In this document: positions 1 to 10,276 of the stretch, in pieces
Layout: the number at the start of each line of letters is the position of its first letter
Position numbering within the stretch: the first letter of the stretch is position 1
From: a bacterium
Lineage (GTDB): Bacteria; Zhuqueibacterota; Zhuqueibacteria; Zhuqueibacterales; Zhuqueibacteraceae
NCBI GenBank assembly: GCA_044869275.1
Contig: JBIOXB010000252.1
Location: forward strand, 1 to 43,252
Length of the DNA: 43,252 nt
Reading direction: 5' to 3'
Translations under genes and position numbers: made by a program
The notes under the pieces: generated by a model
What the model was told of the DNA's origin: nothing
The model's input: the letters and a program-made list of their open reading frames with translations, nothing else
The model's database searches: none

Positions 1-9
1 CAGCATGCC

Positions 10-77
10 GTCATTCCCGCGCAAGCGGGAATCCAGGGAGCACGAGGAACTTGGATTCCCGCTTTCGCGGGAATGAC
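10..77. repeat. CGTC/GTCATTCCCG-type REP-like palindromic element
   Basis: gtcattcccgcgcaagcgggaatcca (10-35) and tggattcccgctttcgcgggaatgac (52-77) are 26-bp inverted arms with one mismatch. Each arm is also a small hairpin. Confidence 0.9.
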
Positions 78-188
78 AGGTTTTCATCATGATAGGGTGT
101 CAATCCGGACATGGCAATTCCTTCTGAAAGACAGGGTCAAGTGGTAGATGAATTATGGTGGCAGTACACTAGGTTGCCAAGCTGCAGC

Positions 189-1043
189 TCACCTCGAGAC
201 CTCAAGCCTGCAGAAAACCCCATTGTGATCGGAGAGAAAAACCCCGTGATTGAAGACCACCCGCGCTTCGAGGGTGGCGATTTTCAAGCTGCCGCCGGGG
301 CGATAGAAAATGTAGTCCAGCTTCTGCGGCATTTCCGTGGCGTCGATCATGAGCTTGGCGTAGACATTCTCCCGCCCCGTGTAGGTGATGGTCTCGGCAT
401 CGAAGCGGGGCAGCGTATCCACAAAACCCTCGGCCATGATCCTCTGGTACTCCGGCGTAAGCTCGTAGCGCGTATTCAGGGGGAAGTGGGTAGTGGGAGA
501 GGCGTTGAAATCTCCCGCCATAATCACGGGCGTTTCCGCCGGGCAATGCTCCCGCAAGTGTGAGAAGAGAATCTCCAACTGCTGCAGTCTGATCTCAGTT
601 TCCCTTGGCGCCCGCCCGGCGTTTAGGTGTGCGTTGACGACATGAATGGCGCCCACAGCCGTTTGGATTTGGCTGATGACGAAGCCCTTTCGCCCCAATC
701 TTTCATCGAACCTCATGCGCGAAGATCGCGCATGCTCCACAAAGCGATAATCTTCGAATGGAAAGCGCGAAATCACCGCCAGCCCGCCCGTGCGATCCGC
801 GCGCACCAACGGCAGCATCCAGCGGCTCTGCAGCGAGCCGGCACAGGAATAGTCCTTGGGCAAGCCGGCCAGGATTTTTTGGCGGTGCTTCAACGTAAAC
901 GATTCTTGCAAACAGATGAGATCGGGCGAGAGCGCACCGAGGTGTTGCGTCAGTTCGCTCATGCGTTGTTTGCGATTTAATTTTGGCAGCCAGACCGGTA
1001 AGTCCCAGATGTTGAGGGAGAGACAGGAGAGTGTGATGGCCAT
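189..1043 (-). CDS. Endonuclease/exonuclease/phosphatase (EEP) family protein, sphingomyelinase-like
   Basis: 284 aa with EEP motifs LNIW, DLICLQE, GLAVISRFP, NAHL, AGDFN, LDYIFY and SDHNGV. Confidence 0.85.
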   Translation of the reverse strand: MAITLSCLSLNIWDLPVWLPKLNRKQRMSELTQHLGALSPDLICLQESFTLKHRQKILAGLPKDYSCAGSLQSRWMLPLVRADRTGGLAVISRFPFEDYRFVEHARSSRMRFDERLGRKGFVISQIQTAVGAIHVVNAHLNAGRAPRETEIRLQQLEILFSHLREHCPAETPVIMAGDFNASPTTHFPLNTRYELTPEYQRIMAEGFVDTLPRFDAETITYTGRENVYAKLMIDATEMPQKLDYIFYRPGGSLKIATLEARVVFNHGVFLSDHNGVFCRLEVSR

Positions 1044-1052
1044 CAGTTCAAT

Positions 1053-1988
1053 TTAAAAGTAAATCGTGAAGTGAGTCTGCGCCAGGCGGTGCCCGGCGGC
1101 GCTGTCGATGGTGAGAACATATTCCCCCGGCCGCCACCAGTCGTGATGATAGTAGCACAGGCGGCGGTTTTGCTGGTTGTCGATCTTCATGGTGTGATTC
1201 ACGTCGTGCATCAAATCATTGCCGCGATAGAGGCGAAATCGCGCGGGATATTCGATGGTGCTTTGGTTCGGCAGGCGGAAATTCATGCGACACACCATGA
1301 ACATGCCTTCCTTGTTCAATTTAAAAACCTGGCTGCCGGCGGCAGTTTGAAAATTGGTGCAATCTGTGGCTTGCTCTTCGGTTTCAGCCATGAAGAGCGC
1401 CAGTTCCTCGATTTGAACGCCTTTTTGCTCGGGAAGCAAATCCTCATCGGTCACGTTCGAGATTTTATCGTCTTGCATGTGCAAGCGCACGGTCTCAAAA
1501 ATCCGCAGGGAAAACGTCATACTGGCCTTGCCGATCTGCAAAATGTTGCGGCCCGTGGGGACGTTTTCCAGGACGAGCGGCGTTTCCCCTCGCAAAAGAC
1601 TATCGAGATAGACTTGCTCTCCGGGTGGTTGGCTGGTGAGGATCAGCATCCCGGTCAGGGGGATCATGCGCGCTTCGCGGCGCTGGCGAAAGGGCCGCGG
1701 GCGCACGTGGGCGTTGATATTGCGAATGCGGATTTCGACGAGCTGGTCGCGGTAAATCGTTACGCGATCGATATAGGCATGAAACCCTTCTTTTTCGACG
1801 CGCAGTGTGTAAACTCCCGGGGTGTACTGGCCAGCGGCCTCGCGCAATTCCTCCTCATTCAAAAAAACCTTGACGTCCGGCTCCCAGCCGGAAACGCGAT
1901 AAAAGCCCTTTTGCGCAAGAACAGGATGGTGCCACGCCAGTATCAGAAGAACGGTCAGGGCGGCGATCAGCCGTGCGAGCGTCACCAT
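1053..1988 (-). CDS. PEGA domain-containing secreted protein
   Basis: Signal peptide from the ATG at 1988 (MVTLARLIAALTVLLILAWHHPVLA). PEGA-like motifs PGVYTLRVEKEGF and LILTSQPPGEQVYLD..GETPL..VPTG. The start was moved from 2120 to avoid overlapping the upstream gene. Confidence 0.7.
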   Translation of the reverse strand: MVTLARLIAALTVLLILAWHHPVLAQKGFYRVSGWEPDVKVFLNEEELREAAGQYTPGVYTLRVEKEGFHAYIDRVTIYRDQLVEIRIRNINAHVRPRPFRQRREARMIPLTGMLILTSQPPGEQVYLDSLLRGETPLVLENVPTGRNILQIGKASMTFSLRIFETVRLHMQDDKISNVTDEDLLPEQKGVQIEELALFMAETEEQATDCTNFQTAAGSQVFKLNKEGMFMVCRMNFRLPNQSTIEYPARFRLYRGNDLMHDVNHTMKIDNQQNRRLCYYHHDWWRPGEYVLTIDSAAGHRLAQTHFTIYF

Positions 1989-2022
1989 GATGCGCGTTTG
2001 CGGATACGATATGCAAATGGCC

Positions 2023-3225
2023 TCAATTCTGCCGGAAGCGGCGCACGTAATTGACCGCGGCGCGAATTTCCGCTGCTGCAAGGGTGGCGCCAAATCTGGG
2101 CATGCGAGTATCTTTGCCATTGCTGATGGTCTGCGTCAGTTGCTCGTCCGTGCGGCTGTCTTGCCATTCAGGATCGGTGAAATCGGGCGTGCCCGGCGCG
2201 ACGCCGTCGCCCGCTTCGCCGTGACAAAATACACAACCATTAGATTGAAACAAAGGCTTAAAATCAATGTCCCGAACTGGCGCGGTAGCCGAGGTCTGCG
2301 CTGCCGCTTTGGTGGCCGGAGCCGCAGCCGCCACTAGAGCCGCCGGCTTCGCCCCGCCGTTTTCTTTTACGCCGTAGATTTTGGCCATGTAGCGGCCGAG
2401 GAATTCCGCTTCATCGTCGTTAATCCAACTGCGGTGGCGTGTGGACATGCGTTTGACCAAAATCTTCCACTCGTGCTCAGTACGGCGCTGGTTGAACGCG
2501 CGATCGAGATTATGGCACTTCGAGCATTTCGTGAGCATTATGTTCTCCGCCTGCACCGCCGTCACCTGCTCGGGTATTTTAATATTCTGCCGCGCGCTCA
2601 AGAAATGCACCGCCTGTTGAATCTGATCCGCGCTCATCCAAGTCGGGTCGCGCTCGGACATGCGATTCACCGTGGCCAGCCAATCTTCCGGCGTTTTGGC
2701 GATCATGAACACGCGGGTGAGATCGTGGCATTTGTTGCATTTCTGCAGCACGATCGCGCGCCCGACTTCGACATCGAGATAGCCTGCTTGCGCATTGAAG
2801 GTGCTGCGGTAAGTGCCTGTGGCTCTTTTGATGAAATAGTAGCCGCCCATCAGGCCGACCAACGCCACCGAAATCGTGAGAATGGCGACACCCATGGGAA
2901 GAACATATTTAAAAGCCTGCGGATAAAATCGCACGATCAAAATCTTGACGAACAGGATCGGCAGAAGGGAGAGCGCGAGCGCGGCATGAATGATGGTGCG
3001 CGTCTCGAGCGGCGCGTTGTTTTGCGCCAGACGCTGCACCATGACATAGGCGAGAACAAAATAAATCAACAAGAAAAGCCTGCCGTTCCAACGGTGCAGC
3101 ACGGACATGATTTTTTCGTTGAAGCGCGGCTGCTCGCGGCCGATGACCTCCAGCATGAGCCAAACTTGCACGGCCGCAGAAATGACAAAGAGCACTCCCA
3201 GAGTCGAAGTGAGCAACGGGTTCAT
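2023..3225 (-). CDS. Membrane-anchored tri-heme c-type cytochrome (4 N-terminal TM helices, DUF6529-like, plus 3 CxxCH)
   Basis: CNKCH, CSKCH and CVFCH motifs; four hydrophobic helices with His in HRWNG and HAALAL; Ala-rich linker before a cyt c6/cbb3-III-like domain; GAGGAG RBS. Confidence 0.85.
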   Translation of the reverse strand: MNPLLTSTLGVLFVISAAVQVWLMLEVIGREQPRFNEKIMSVLHRWNGRLFLLIYFVLAYVMVQRLAQNNAPLETRTIIHAALALSLLPILFVKILIVRFYPQAFKYVLPMGVAILTISVALVGLMGGYYFIKRATGTYRSTFNAQAGYLDVEVGRAIVLQKCNKCHDLTRVFMIAKTPEDWLATVNRMSERDPTWMSADQIQQAVHFLSARQNIKIPEQVTAVQAENIMLTKCSKCHNLDRAFNQRRTEHEWKILVKRMSTRHRSWINDDEAEFLGRYMAKIYGVKENGGAKPAALVAAAAPATKAAAQTSATAPVRDIDFKPLFQSNGCVFCHGEAGDGVAPGTPDFTDPEWQDSRTDEQLTQTISNGKDTRMPRFGATLAAAEIRAAVNYVRRFRQN

Positions 3226-3400
3226 ACAGGCTCCTCCTCATGGTAAATACCGCACAAACCTGCCAGTGCAGACAAGCAAAACCGTCAAGTTGCCTGATTC
3301 TGGCGGAAAAAGAGGTGTAGAATATTTTGCGGAATGGCGGACCGATTGGCACTTTGTGCAATCATGACATTATCGAAACGATCCCGTGGTGCGATCGCGA

Positions 3401-5944
3401 TCATATGGTCTCGCTCCAGATGACCATGCCCGCCTCGTGCGCTTGCTCAAAAAGCGCGGCACGGGGAATGAGGCGCAGGCGCAGGCCATGAGGCTTTGGT
3501 GCGCCCTGGGTGAGGGTGAGGTGATATTCATAAATCCCGTCCGCCTGCGCTTTTACCAGGCGCAGGGGCAAAACGAACCCGTTGGCATGTTTGGTTTCGC
3601 TGACACATTCCACTTGCAGCCAACTGGGATCGAGCTCGCCCAAATAGACGCGGGCGCCAATCACGGTTCGTCCCGCCGTTCTGCCTTTTCTTTCGACGGT
3701 GGCGAAATGCAGCACCGGCCAATGCAAGCGCAGAAACTGCTTGTAAAGCATCGCCAGCTTCGCGGTGGAATAGTCCCGCCGCATGAGTCTTTCTGCGCGC
3801 CGGCGGGCCGGCGCATAAAATTCGTTACTGTAAGCCTGCACCATGGTATTGGTATTGAATTGCGGAGTCAACGTCGCCATTGATTCTTTGACTCTTTGCA
3901 GCCAGCGCTGCGGCATGCCCTGGTGATCGCGATGATAGTACAGCGGCGCGACTTCATTCTCGAGCACGCGATAAAGGTCGGCGGCATCTTCTGCGTCTTG
4001 TCTGGCCTCATTTTCGTATTGCTTCTGCTGGCCGAATTTCCAGCCGTTTTTGCCGTTATAGCCTTCTTCCCACCAACCGTCGAGAATGCTGAAGTTGAGT
4101 CCGGCATTGAAGGGCACCTTCTGGCCGCTGGTGCCGCTGGCTTCCATGGGCCGGCGCGGATTGTTCAACCATACATCCACGCCTTGCACCAGCATGCGGC
4201 CGGCGTTCATATCGTAATCTTCGAGAAAAACGACTTTGCCGAACAGGTTTTTGCGCTGGGTCATGCGGAACACGCGCTGCAAGATGAGCTGTCCTGCCTC
4301 GTCGCGCGGATGCGCCTTGCCCGCAAAAATGAATTGCACCGGCCGCTGGGCGTGATGAATGATCTTTTCCAGGCGGGCGAGATCATGAAAGATCAGATCT
4401 GCACGCTTGTAAGCCGCGAACCGTCGCGCAAAGCCGATGGTCAACACCTCCGGAGCCAGGGCATTCTGCGCGGCCTTGATTTTTGCGGTGGCGGCACCCT
4501 GGCGGCGATATTGTTCGACCAAACGTGTACGCACGAAGGCAATCAACCTGGATTTGGCTTCAAAGCGCGCCTGCCACACAACTTCGTTGGGAATCATCCT
4601 GGCTTTGTCCCAGAAGGAAGGATGAGCGAGCTGCGCGCGCCAATGCTGGCCCAAGTATTCGCCGTAAATGTCCGCGAAATGCGGCGCCATCCAAGTGTCG
4701 GCATGCACGCCGTTGGTGATGGAAGTGATCGGAATCTCATTGGCCGGCACGCCGGGCCACAAGTGCCGCCACATTTCACGCGAGACCTGGCCGTGCAGTT
4801 TGCTCACGCCATTGTTCGCGCGTGAGAGCCGCAATGCCAGCACCGTCATGCTGAAATATTTCCAGCCGCTGGGCTCGGTTTGCAGGCCGAGGTCGAGCAA
4901 GGCCGCCAAATCGATCTTCAGATCGCCGCAAAAATTTCGAAAATACTTGTGCATCAACGGCAGCGCAAAAGTCTCATTGCCGGCGGGCACCGGAGTGTGC
5001 GTGGTGAAAACGGTATTCGCGGCGACGGCTTCGAGTGCGTGCTCAAAACTCAACCGTTCTTCCTGCAGCAATTCGCGTATGCGTTCGAAACAGAGAAACG
5101 CTACATGACCTTCGTTCAAATGCCAAACTGCCGGCTCCAGGCCCAGCGCCCGCAACACGCGCACGCCGCCCATGCCCATGATGATCTCTTGCGCGAGCCG
5201 CATTTCGCGGTCACCGCCGTAAAGCTGGCCGGTGAGTTGCCGGTCCTGGCGACGGTTGCTCGGGATATCGGTATCCAGCAGGATCAAGCTCGCGGAGCCC
5301 ACGCTCACGAGCCAGGCTTGCGCGTAGACGGTGCGTTCGGCCAATTCCAATGGCACGATCAATCGCCCGCCTTTCCGGTCATGCAGCGGGAGCACCGGCA
5401 GCTCGTCGAAATTCAAATGCGGATAGATAGCGTGCTGCCGTCCTTGCGCATCGACGCGTTGGATGAAATAGCCATGCTTATACAACAGGCCGACGCCCAC
5501 CAGCGGCAAGCCCAAATCACTCGCGGTTTTGACGTGGTCGCCGGCGAGCACGCCCAAACCGCCGGAATAAATTGGCAGAGATTCGTGCAGGCCGAATTCC
5601 GGAGAAAAATAAGCCACGAGCGCGGTGCGCTGTTGCGGATATTTTTTGGCGTGCCAATGCCCGGCGGTGTCGAGATCGGCATCAAAATTCTTCATGAGCG
5701 CGCGATAACGCGCGACAAAAGGCGCTTGCTTGCCCAGCGCTTCCAGATTCTTCCGGCATTCGCGCAACAATTTGACGGGATTGTGGTGGCGGTGCCAATG
5801 CTCAGGATCGATATCGTCAAAAAGGTTCTGCGCCTCGGGATGCCATGCCCACCACAAATTATAAGCCAGTTCCGGCAGGCGTTGAAAAGGCGCCTTGCAT
5901 GAAACGGGATATTCTATCGCTTTCATCGCATTGAATCGAGCCAT
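3401..5944 (-). CDS. glgP: Alpha-glucan (glycogen/maltodextrin) phosphorylase, GT35
   Basis: Motifs ELAYNLWW, YFSPEFG..YSGGLGVLAGD, HLNEGH, FTTHTPVPAG, GFARRFAAYKRA and the PLP-lysine motif EASGTSGQK. Start chosen at ATG 5944, downstream of AAGGAG. Confidence 0.95.
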   Translation of the reverse strand: MARFNAMKAIEYPVSCKAPFQRLPELAYNLWWAWHPEAQNLFDDIDPEHWHRHHNPVKLLRECRKNLEALGKQAPFVARYRALMKNFDADLDTAGHWHAKKYPQQRTALVAYFSPEFGLHESLPIYSGGLGVLAGDHVKTASDLGLPLVGVGLLYKHGYFIQRVDAQGRQHAIYPHLNFDELPVLPLHDRKGGRLIVPLELAERTVYAQAWLVSVGSASLILLDTDIPSNRRQDRQLTGQLYGGDREMRLAQEIIMGMGGVRVLRALGLEPAVWHLNEGHVAFLCFERIRELLQEERLSFEHALEAVAANTVFTTHTPVPAGNETFALPLMHKYFRNFCGDLKIDLAALLDLGLQTEPSGWKYFSMTVLALRLSRANNGVSKLHGQVSREMWRHLWPGVPANEIPITSITNGVHADTWMAPHFADIYGEYLGQHWRAQLAHPSFWDKARMIPNEVVWQARFEAKSRLIAFVRTRLVEQYRRQGAATAKIKAAQNALAPEVLTIGFARRFAAYKRADLIFHDLARLEKIIHHAQRPVQFIFAGKAHPRDEAGQLILQRVFRMTQRKNLFGKVVFLEDYDMNAGRMLVQGVDVWLNNPRRPMEASGTSGQKVPFNAGLNFSILDGWWEEGYNGKNGWKFGQQKQYENEARQDAEDAADLYRVLENEVAPLYYHRDHQGMPQRWLQRVKESMATLTPQFNTNTMVQAYSNEFYAPARRRAERLMRRDYSTAKLAMLYKQFLRLHWPVLHFATVERKGRTAGRTVIGARVYLGELDPSWLQVECVSETKHANGFVLPLRLVKAQADGIYEYHLTLTQGAPKPHGLRLRLIPRAALFEQAHEAGMVIWSETI

Positions 5945-6097
5945 AGCGTTTTCGCTTCTCCTTGCTTGGGTTACCGTCCACTCGCGCAATAGGTTTGCAG
6001 TAAAAGCATCGAACAAACGAACGGGCAGGATAGCATTCCAGTCATAAAAATGCAAGCGGAAAAAAATCGCGTGAGAGCTGCCGAAAAATCGAGGGAA

Positions 6098-7489
6098 TCA
6101 AAAAAGCGGCCAGAGTGGCACGGCGAGCTGGTGCGGGCGGCCTGGATGAACCGCCATCATGGCAATGCCGGTGAGCTCCACCGTCTGCAATTCTCGTTCA
6201 TTCACAACGGCGCGGTCGTTTTGTTGCAGGCGCACGACCGCGGGCGGGAAATGAAGGCTTTCACCGGTTTGCGGCCGGAGGCCCAACCGCTGCACCATGC
6301 GCGTGTACAAATGATGGTCGATCCACATGCGCACTTCTGCGCACACCGCCGGATGTTTGCTCAAACCGCGGCGCCGGCCTTCCGCCGCCAGAAATTCGTC
6401 GCGCACGAGCGTTTGCAGATCGCTCTCCAGAGTTTTGCGCATAGCTTGCGGCGACTGCTGGTTAAACGGCAGCTGGCGCAGCCGCAGCTTCTCCAAAGTT
6501 TGGCGCACGCTCCATTGCCCCCCGGCAAAAACGATCAGGGCCTCATCGAGATGCTCGTTCAACTCTTGCGCCGCGCGCTCGTAATCTATCTCAGCCAGTT
6601 GCTGCAACGCCGGCATGGCTGCGGGCGTCTCAAAGTCGATCCGCCGGGCCAGGGCTTTGGTCAAGACCGCAAACGAGCGCCCTCGCAATACCACGTTCTG
6701 CTCTTGCATAAATTGTTGCACGAATTGCGCGGAAAGCCGATCGGCTTTGCGTGCGCGCAAGGTTTTCTGCACCGTGGCGCGCTGCTGGGCATTGGTGCCT
6801 TGGCTGAAAGCCGGATGGCGATTGGCTTCCTGCACTTGCACGACAAAAAAACCGCGCGCGGTCGCAATGACCTGCGAGGTTTGGCCCACGGATAACGCAA
6901 ACACCGCGTTCTCCAAAGCCTCATCGGCGTCTCCAAAAGTGAATTTCGAAGTATAGTTTTCCGCTGCCGGCGTTGCGCGGGAGAACGACCGCATCGCTTC
7001 GTCGAAAGAGACATTGTTTTGCATGAGCGCGACAAAGCTCTCCGCCTCGGCGCGATGAGGGGATTGAAAGAATTTGATCTGCAGGGAGGTTTGCGCGCGC
7101 GCGCATGCGCTGTCGATCTCGCTCTCGCGCAAATCGACCCTTTGCAAAACTTCTTCGCGATACAATTGCTTGGCAATCGCGAGATTTTCCGTATACTGGC
7201 ACCATTGTTTGAAGGCCTCGTCGCGGTTCAACCGCAAGCGTTCCGCTTCATTGGCCAATACTTTCTCGCCGATCAACAATTCCAGCAAGCCACGGTTGCC
7301 GGAAAAGCCGTTCACGTTCCGAAAAGCCGGCGGCGGACTCAATTCCGCGCGTTGGACGAATTCCTCCACGGTAATATACCGCCCTCCCACCTGCGCGAGT
7401 ATGTCTGCCGGCAAATCCCGTTTTTGACAAAGGCAAAACAGGAAGGGCAACGAAAGCACCCAAAGAAAAAAGTGTAGTTTTCTGGTCAC
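6098..7489 (-). CDS. SurA/PrsA-like peptidyl-prolyl isomerase / chaperone, possible lipoprotein
   Basis: N-terminal hydrophobic segment ending in Cys; ILAQVGGRYITVEEF SurA_N-like start; parvulin-like ALENAVFALSVGQTSQVIATARGFFVVQV. Confidence 0.7.
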   Translation of the reverse strand: MTRKLHFFLWVLSLPFLFCLCQKRDLPADILAQVGGRYITVEEFVQRAELSPPPAFRNVNGFSGNRGLLELLIGEKVLANEAERLRLNRDEAFKQWCQYTENLAIAKQLYREEVLQRVDLRESEIDSACARAQTSLQIKFFQSPHRAEAESFVALMQNNVSFDEAMRSFSRATPAAENYTSKFTFGDADEALENAVFALSVGQTSQVIATARGFFVVQVQEANRHPAFSQGTNAQQRATVQKTLRARKADRLSAQFVQQFMQEQNVVLRGRSFAVLTKALARRIDFETPAAMPALQQLAEIDYERAAQELNEHLDEALIVFAGGQWSVRQTLEKLRLRQLPFNQQSPQAMRKTLESDLQTLVRDEFLAAEGRRRGLSKHPAVCAEVRMWIDHHLYTRMVQRLGLRPQTGESLHFPPAVVRLQQNDRAVVNERELQTVELTGIAMMAVHPGRPHQLAVPLWPLF

Positions 7490-7525
7490 GAGTGCACTGT
7501 TTCTTTGATTTTCATGGGCACGCGC

Positions 7526-7669
7526 GCACTGTCACCTTACAAAATATATCCTCAACTATGTCATTCTGAAAGAATCTTGGTAGAATTGAGCGCTGTGTTT
7601 ATGCGTCACAAGATTCCTCCTGAATGACATCATGAAGTGTTTATAAAAACAAAGGTGACAATGCACTAG
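7526..7669. mobile_element. Nested MITE-like element: outer terminal inverted repeats around an inner TGTCATTC palindrome
   Basis: Outer arms gcactgtcacctt (7526-7538) and aaggtgacaatgc (7652-7664) match 12/13 and are followed by actag. Inner arms are atgtcattctgaaagaatcttg (7558-7579) and caagattcctcctgaatgacat (7609-7630). Confidence 0.65.
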
Positions 7670-7680
7670 TTCGAAAAGAA

Positions 7681-10140
7681 TCACGCCAGCCATTTCCAGT
7701 GCAAATCTTGCAAGGCGACGGATTGGCCTCCAGGCGGAGTGCGCATCAAAATACTTTTTTCTTCACCCGCCTCCAGATCAAAGAAGTTGTCAGAAAGTTC
7801 CACCCCTGGCGGCGGCTCGAGCAGCGCCAAGCTTTTTACAAAGCAGTCGGAATTCACCTGCAAACGCCAGGAATCTGCCGCGAGGTGTTCCAGGCGGAAT
7901 TCGAGTCGTGGCTGCGGCCACACCAGATGCTTGAAGCGGCAAAAGAACAGCCGATTCTCCGTGACGGTTTCGCCGTTCTCGAATAAACGCACGCGCACAT
8001 AATGCTGTTGGGGATCGAAGCGCACCAGCTCTTCCCATGCCGGCGCCGCCAGCCGCAATGCGGCATTGCCTGGAATGAGCACGCGCTCGCGCCGTGCGAA
8101 GATTTTTTCGCCTTTCCAGCCGAGCATCTCGAATGCCAATTCTGCCTCCCGGCTGCCGCGCGTGTCATTGGTTACCCAAAGCTCGCTGTCTTTCCCGTGC
8201 GTTTTCACACTGACCAGCAATGGTGCAAAGAAGCGGCACGCATACCAATATGCCGCTTTGGGTTGCATCTCGCTGTCGATCACGGACCAGCTCGATACCG
8301 GCCAGCAATCGTTGAGCTGCCAAAACAGCGCGCCGGCGGTATGAAATTTTTCGCGGCGCCAATGCTCGACCATGGTCTTCAACGCTTCGGCCTGCACGAT
8401 TTGCGTTTTATAAACAAAATCTTCGAATGAAACAGGCATGTGCATTTGACCCGCGAGAAAGCGAAAAAGCCGCTCCGGGCCTTCGGTCTGTTTGTTATGA
8501 TGCTCGAACACCGGGCTTTGCGGCGTGCGCTCCGGTTCCGCAAGATATTTTTTCCACGTGTGCAGACTTGCCGGCGCTTGAAAACCGAATTCCGAAAGAA
8601 AGCGGCCGCGATCCTTGCTTACGGTCGCGGGATCGGCCCAATTGCTCCAGATATTCCATTGGTGGCGGTCCCCCTGCTTTTCTGCATTGGGATCATCGCC
8701 GCCAAAAGGCGAGCTTTGCCAATAAGGCCGGGAGGGGTCAAGCGTGGCGCAGATTTCCGGAATGATTCTTTGAAAAACTGTAAAACCTGGCATTTCGTGA
8801 TAAGCGCGTTGCCTCTCCATGTGCCACAGCCATTCGTTTTCATTATTGCCGCACCAGAGCACAAGCGCCGGATGGGAGCGCAATTGCTTGACCACGGCCG
8901 CAACTTCATGCCGTACATTTTGCGCGAATTCCGCCTGCTCGGGATAACCTCCGCAAGCAAACATGAAATCCTGCCAGATCATCAAACCCAGCTCATCACA
9001 CAAATCGTAAAAGCGGGGATCCTCATAGATGCCGCCACCCCAAACGCGCAACATGTTCATGTGCGCGGCGCGCGCTCGGGTCAGCAGCGTGCGATACTGT
9101 TCGAGGGTAAGTCGCGGAACGAAAGAATCGGCGGGAATCCAATTCGCGCCCTTGCAAAAAACCGGCGTGCCATTGATCACGAAAACAAAAGACTCTCCGC
9201 CGCTGTCCGGCTCGCGGCGCAATTCCAGCTTGCGCACGCCGAAACGAATGCCGTGCACGGCGATTTCTTCGTGCCCGGTTCTTAATGTCACCCGCGCAAA
9301 ATAGAGCGGCTGCTCGCCATAGCCATTTGGCCACCATAACTGCGGCCGCTCCAAATCAAATATGCATGCCACCTTCTCCCCGCACGAGGACAGGTTTTGT
9401 TGTGCGTGAAAATTCGGGCCGGTGATTTCGACATGGCAATCGATTTCATGTGCAGGATTCCTTTCCAGATCGGCTTTGACGCTGACATGCGCGTGCTGCA
9501 AATCATCGGAAAGCTGGATGTCCACGGCCAAATCGACAATCCGCCCGTGCTGGTGGGCTTCAAGCCGTATCGGCCGCCAGATGCCGCTGGTGGGGAGCTT
9601 GGGCCCCCAATCCCAGCTGAAGGAATATTGGGCTTTGCGCACATAGACGCGCGGACTCTCCAGCGCCACCGGCAGCTTGCCGAAGCGCGTTTCCAGCTCT
9701 TGCGCGCGCGCCAGCGGAGAATCGAATCGGATTTCAATTTCATTTTCACCGGCGCGCAACCAGGGCTTGACGTCGAAACGGTGCGCGATGAACATATTTT
9801 CCGTTGCCGCGACGCGCTGGCGGTTGAGGAAAATCGTGGCAAAGGTATCCAAACCTTCGGCAATCAGGTGTATGGCCTCATGCTGCAAAAAATCAGGCGG
9901 AACCTCAAAGGTGCGCCGGTAGCACCAACCCATCTCGGCGACCCATTGCACCCGCGTTTCATTGTCGCCATAAAAAGGGTCGGGAATTCTCTTCGCCCGC
10001 AGCAAGTCCGTGTGCACTGTGCCGGGCACTTGCGCCGGCAGCCATGTGTCCCGTGCAAAGAGAGTCGAGGGCAAAAGCGCGGGCCCTGGCGATTGCCAGT
10101 CCGGCTGCAATTGCCAGGTCCCGTTCAAATCAATGGTCAT
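7681..10140 (-). CDS. Beta-mannosidase, glycoside hydrolase family 2
   Basis: Motifs VPGTVHTDL, EGLDTFA, RKAQYSFSWDWGP, KGANWIP, MNMLRVWGGGIYE, WQDFMFAC, WCGNNE (acid/base), FLSEFG (nucleophile) and WQLNDCWP. No signal peptide. Confidence 0.93.
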   Translation of the reverse strand: MTIDLNGTWQLQPDWQSPGPALLPSTLFARDTWLPAQVPGTVHTDLLRAKRIPDPFYGDNETRVQWVAEMGWCYRRTFEVPPDFLQHEAIHLIAEGLDTFATIFLNRQRVAATENMFIAHRFDVKPWLRAGENEIEIRFDSPLARAQELETRFGKLPVALESPRVYVRKAQYSFSWDWGPKLPTSGIWRPIRLEAHQHGRIVDLAVDIQLSDDLQHAHVSVKADLERNPAHEIDCHVEITGPNFHAQQNLSSCGEKVACIFDLERPQLWWPNGYGEQPLYFARVTLRTGHEEIAVHGIRFGVRKLELRREPDSGGESFVFVINGTPVFCKGANWIPADSFVPRLTLEQYRTLLTRARAAHMNMLRVWGGGIYEDPRFYDLCDELGLMIWQDFMFACGGYPEQAEFAQNVRHEVAAVVKQLRSHPALVLWCGNNENEWLWHMERQRAYHEMPGFTVFQRIIPEICATLDPSRPYWQSSPFGGDDPNAEKQGDRHQWNIWSNWADPATVSKDRGRFLSEFGFQAPASLHTWKKYLAEPERTPQSPVFEHHNKQTEGPERLFRFLAGQMHMPVSFEDFVYKTQIVQAEALKTMVEHWRREKFHTAGALFWQLNDCWPVSSWSVIDSEMQPKAAYWYACRFFAPLLVSVKTHGKDSELWVTNDTRGSREAELAFEMLGWKGEKIFARRERVLIPGNAALRLAAPAWEELVRFDPQQHYVRVRLFENGETVTENRLFFCRFKHLVWPQPRLEFRLEHLAADSWRLQVNSDCFVKSLALLEPPPGVELSDNFFDLEAGEEKSILMRTPPGGQSVALQDLHWKWLA

Positions 10141-10276
10141 GACCTACTCCGTCCTTGCCTGCGATTCGCACTGCAGCGCCGGTATGGAATCTGCTCCCAT
10201 GATGCATGCACCTCGCGCACGAGCGGGAAATTCTGCACTCCCGGCTGAAGCCGAATGAAAAACAAAATGCAGAATA

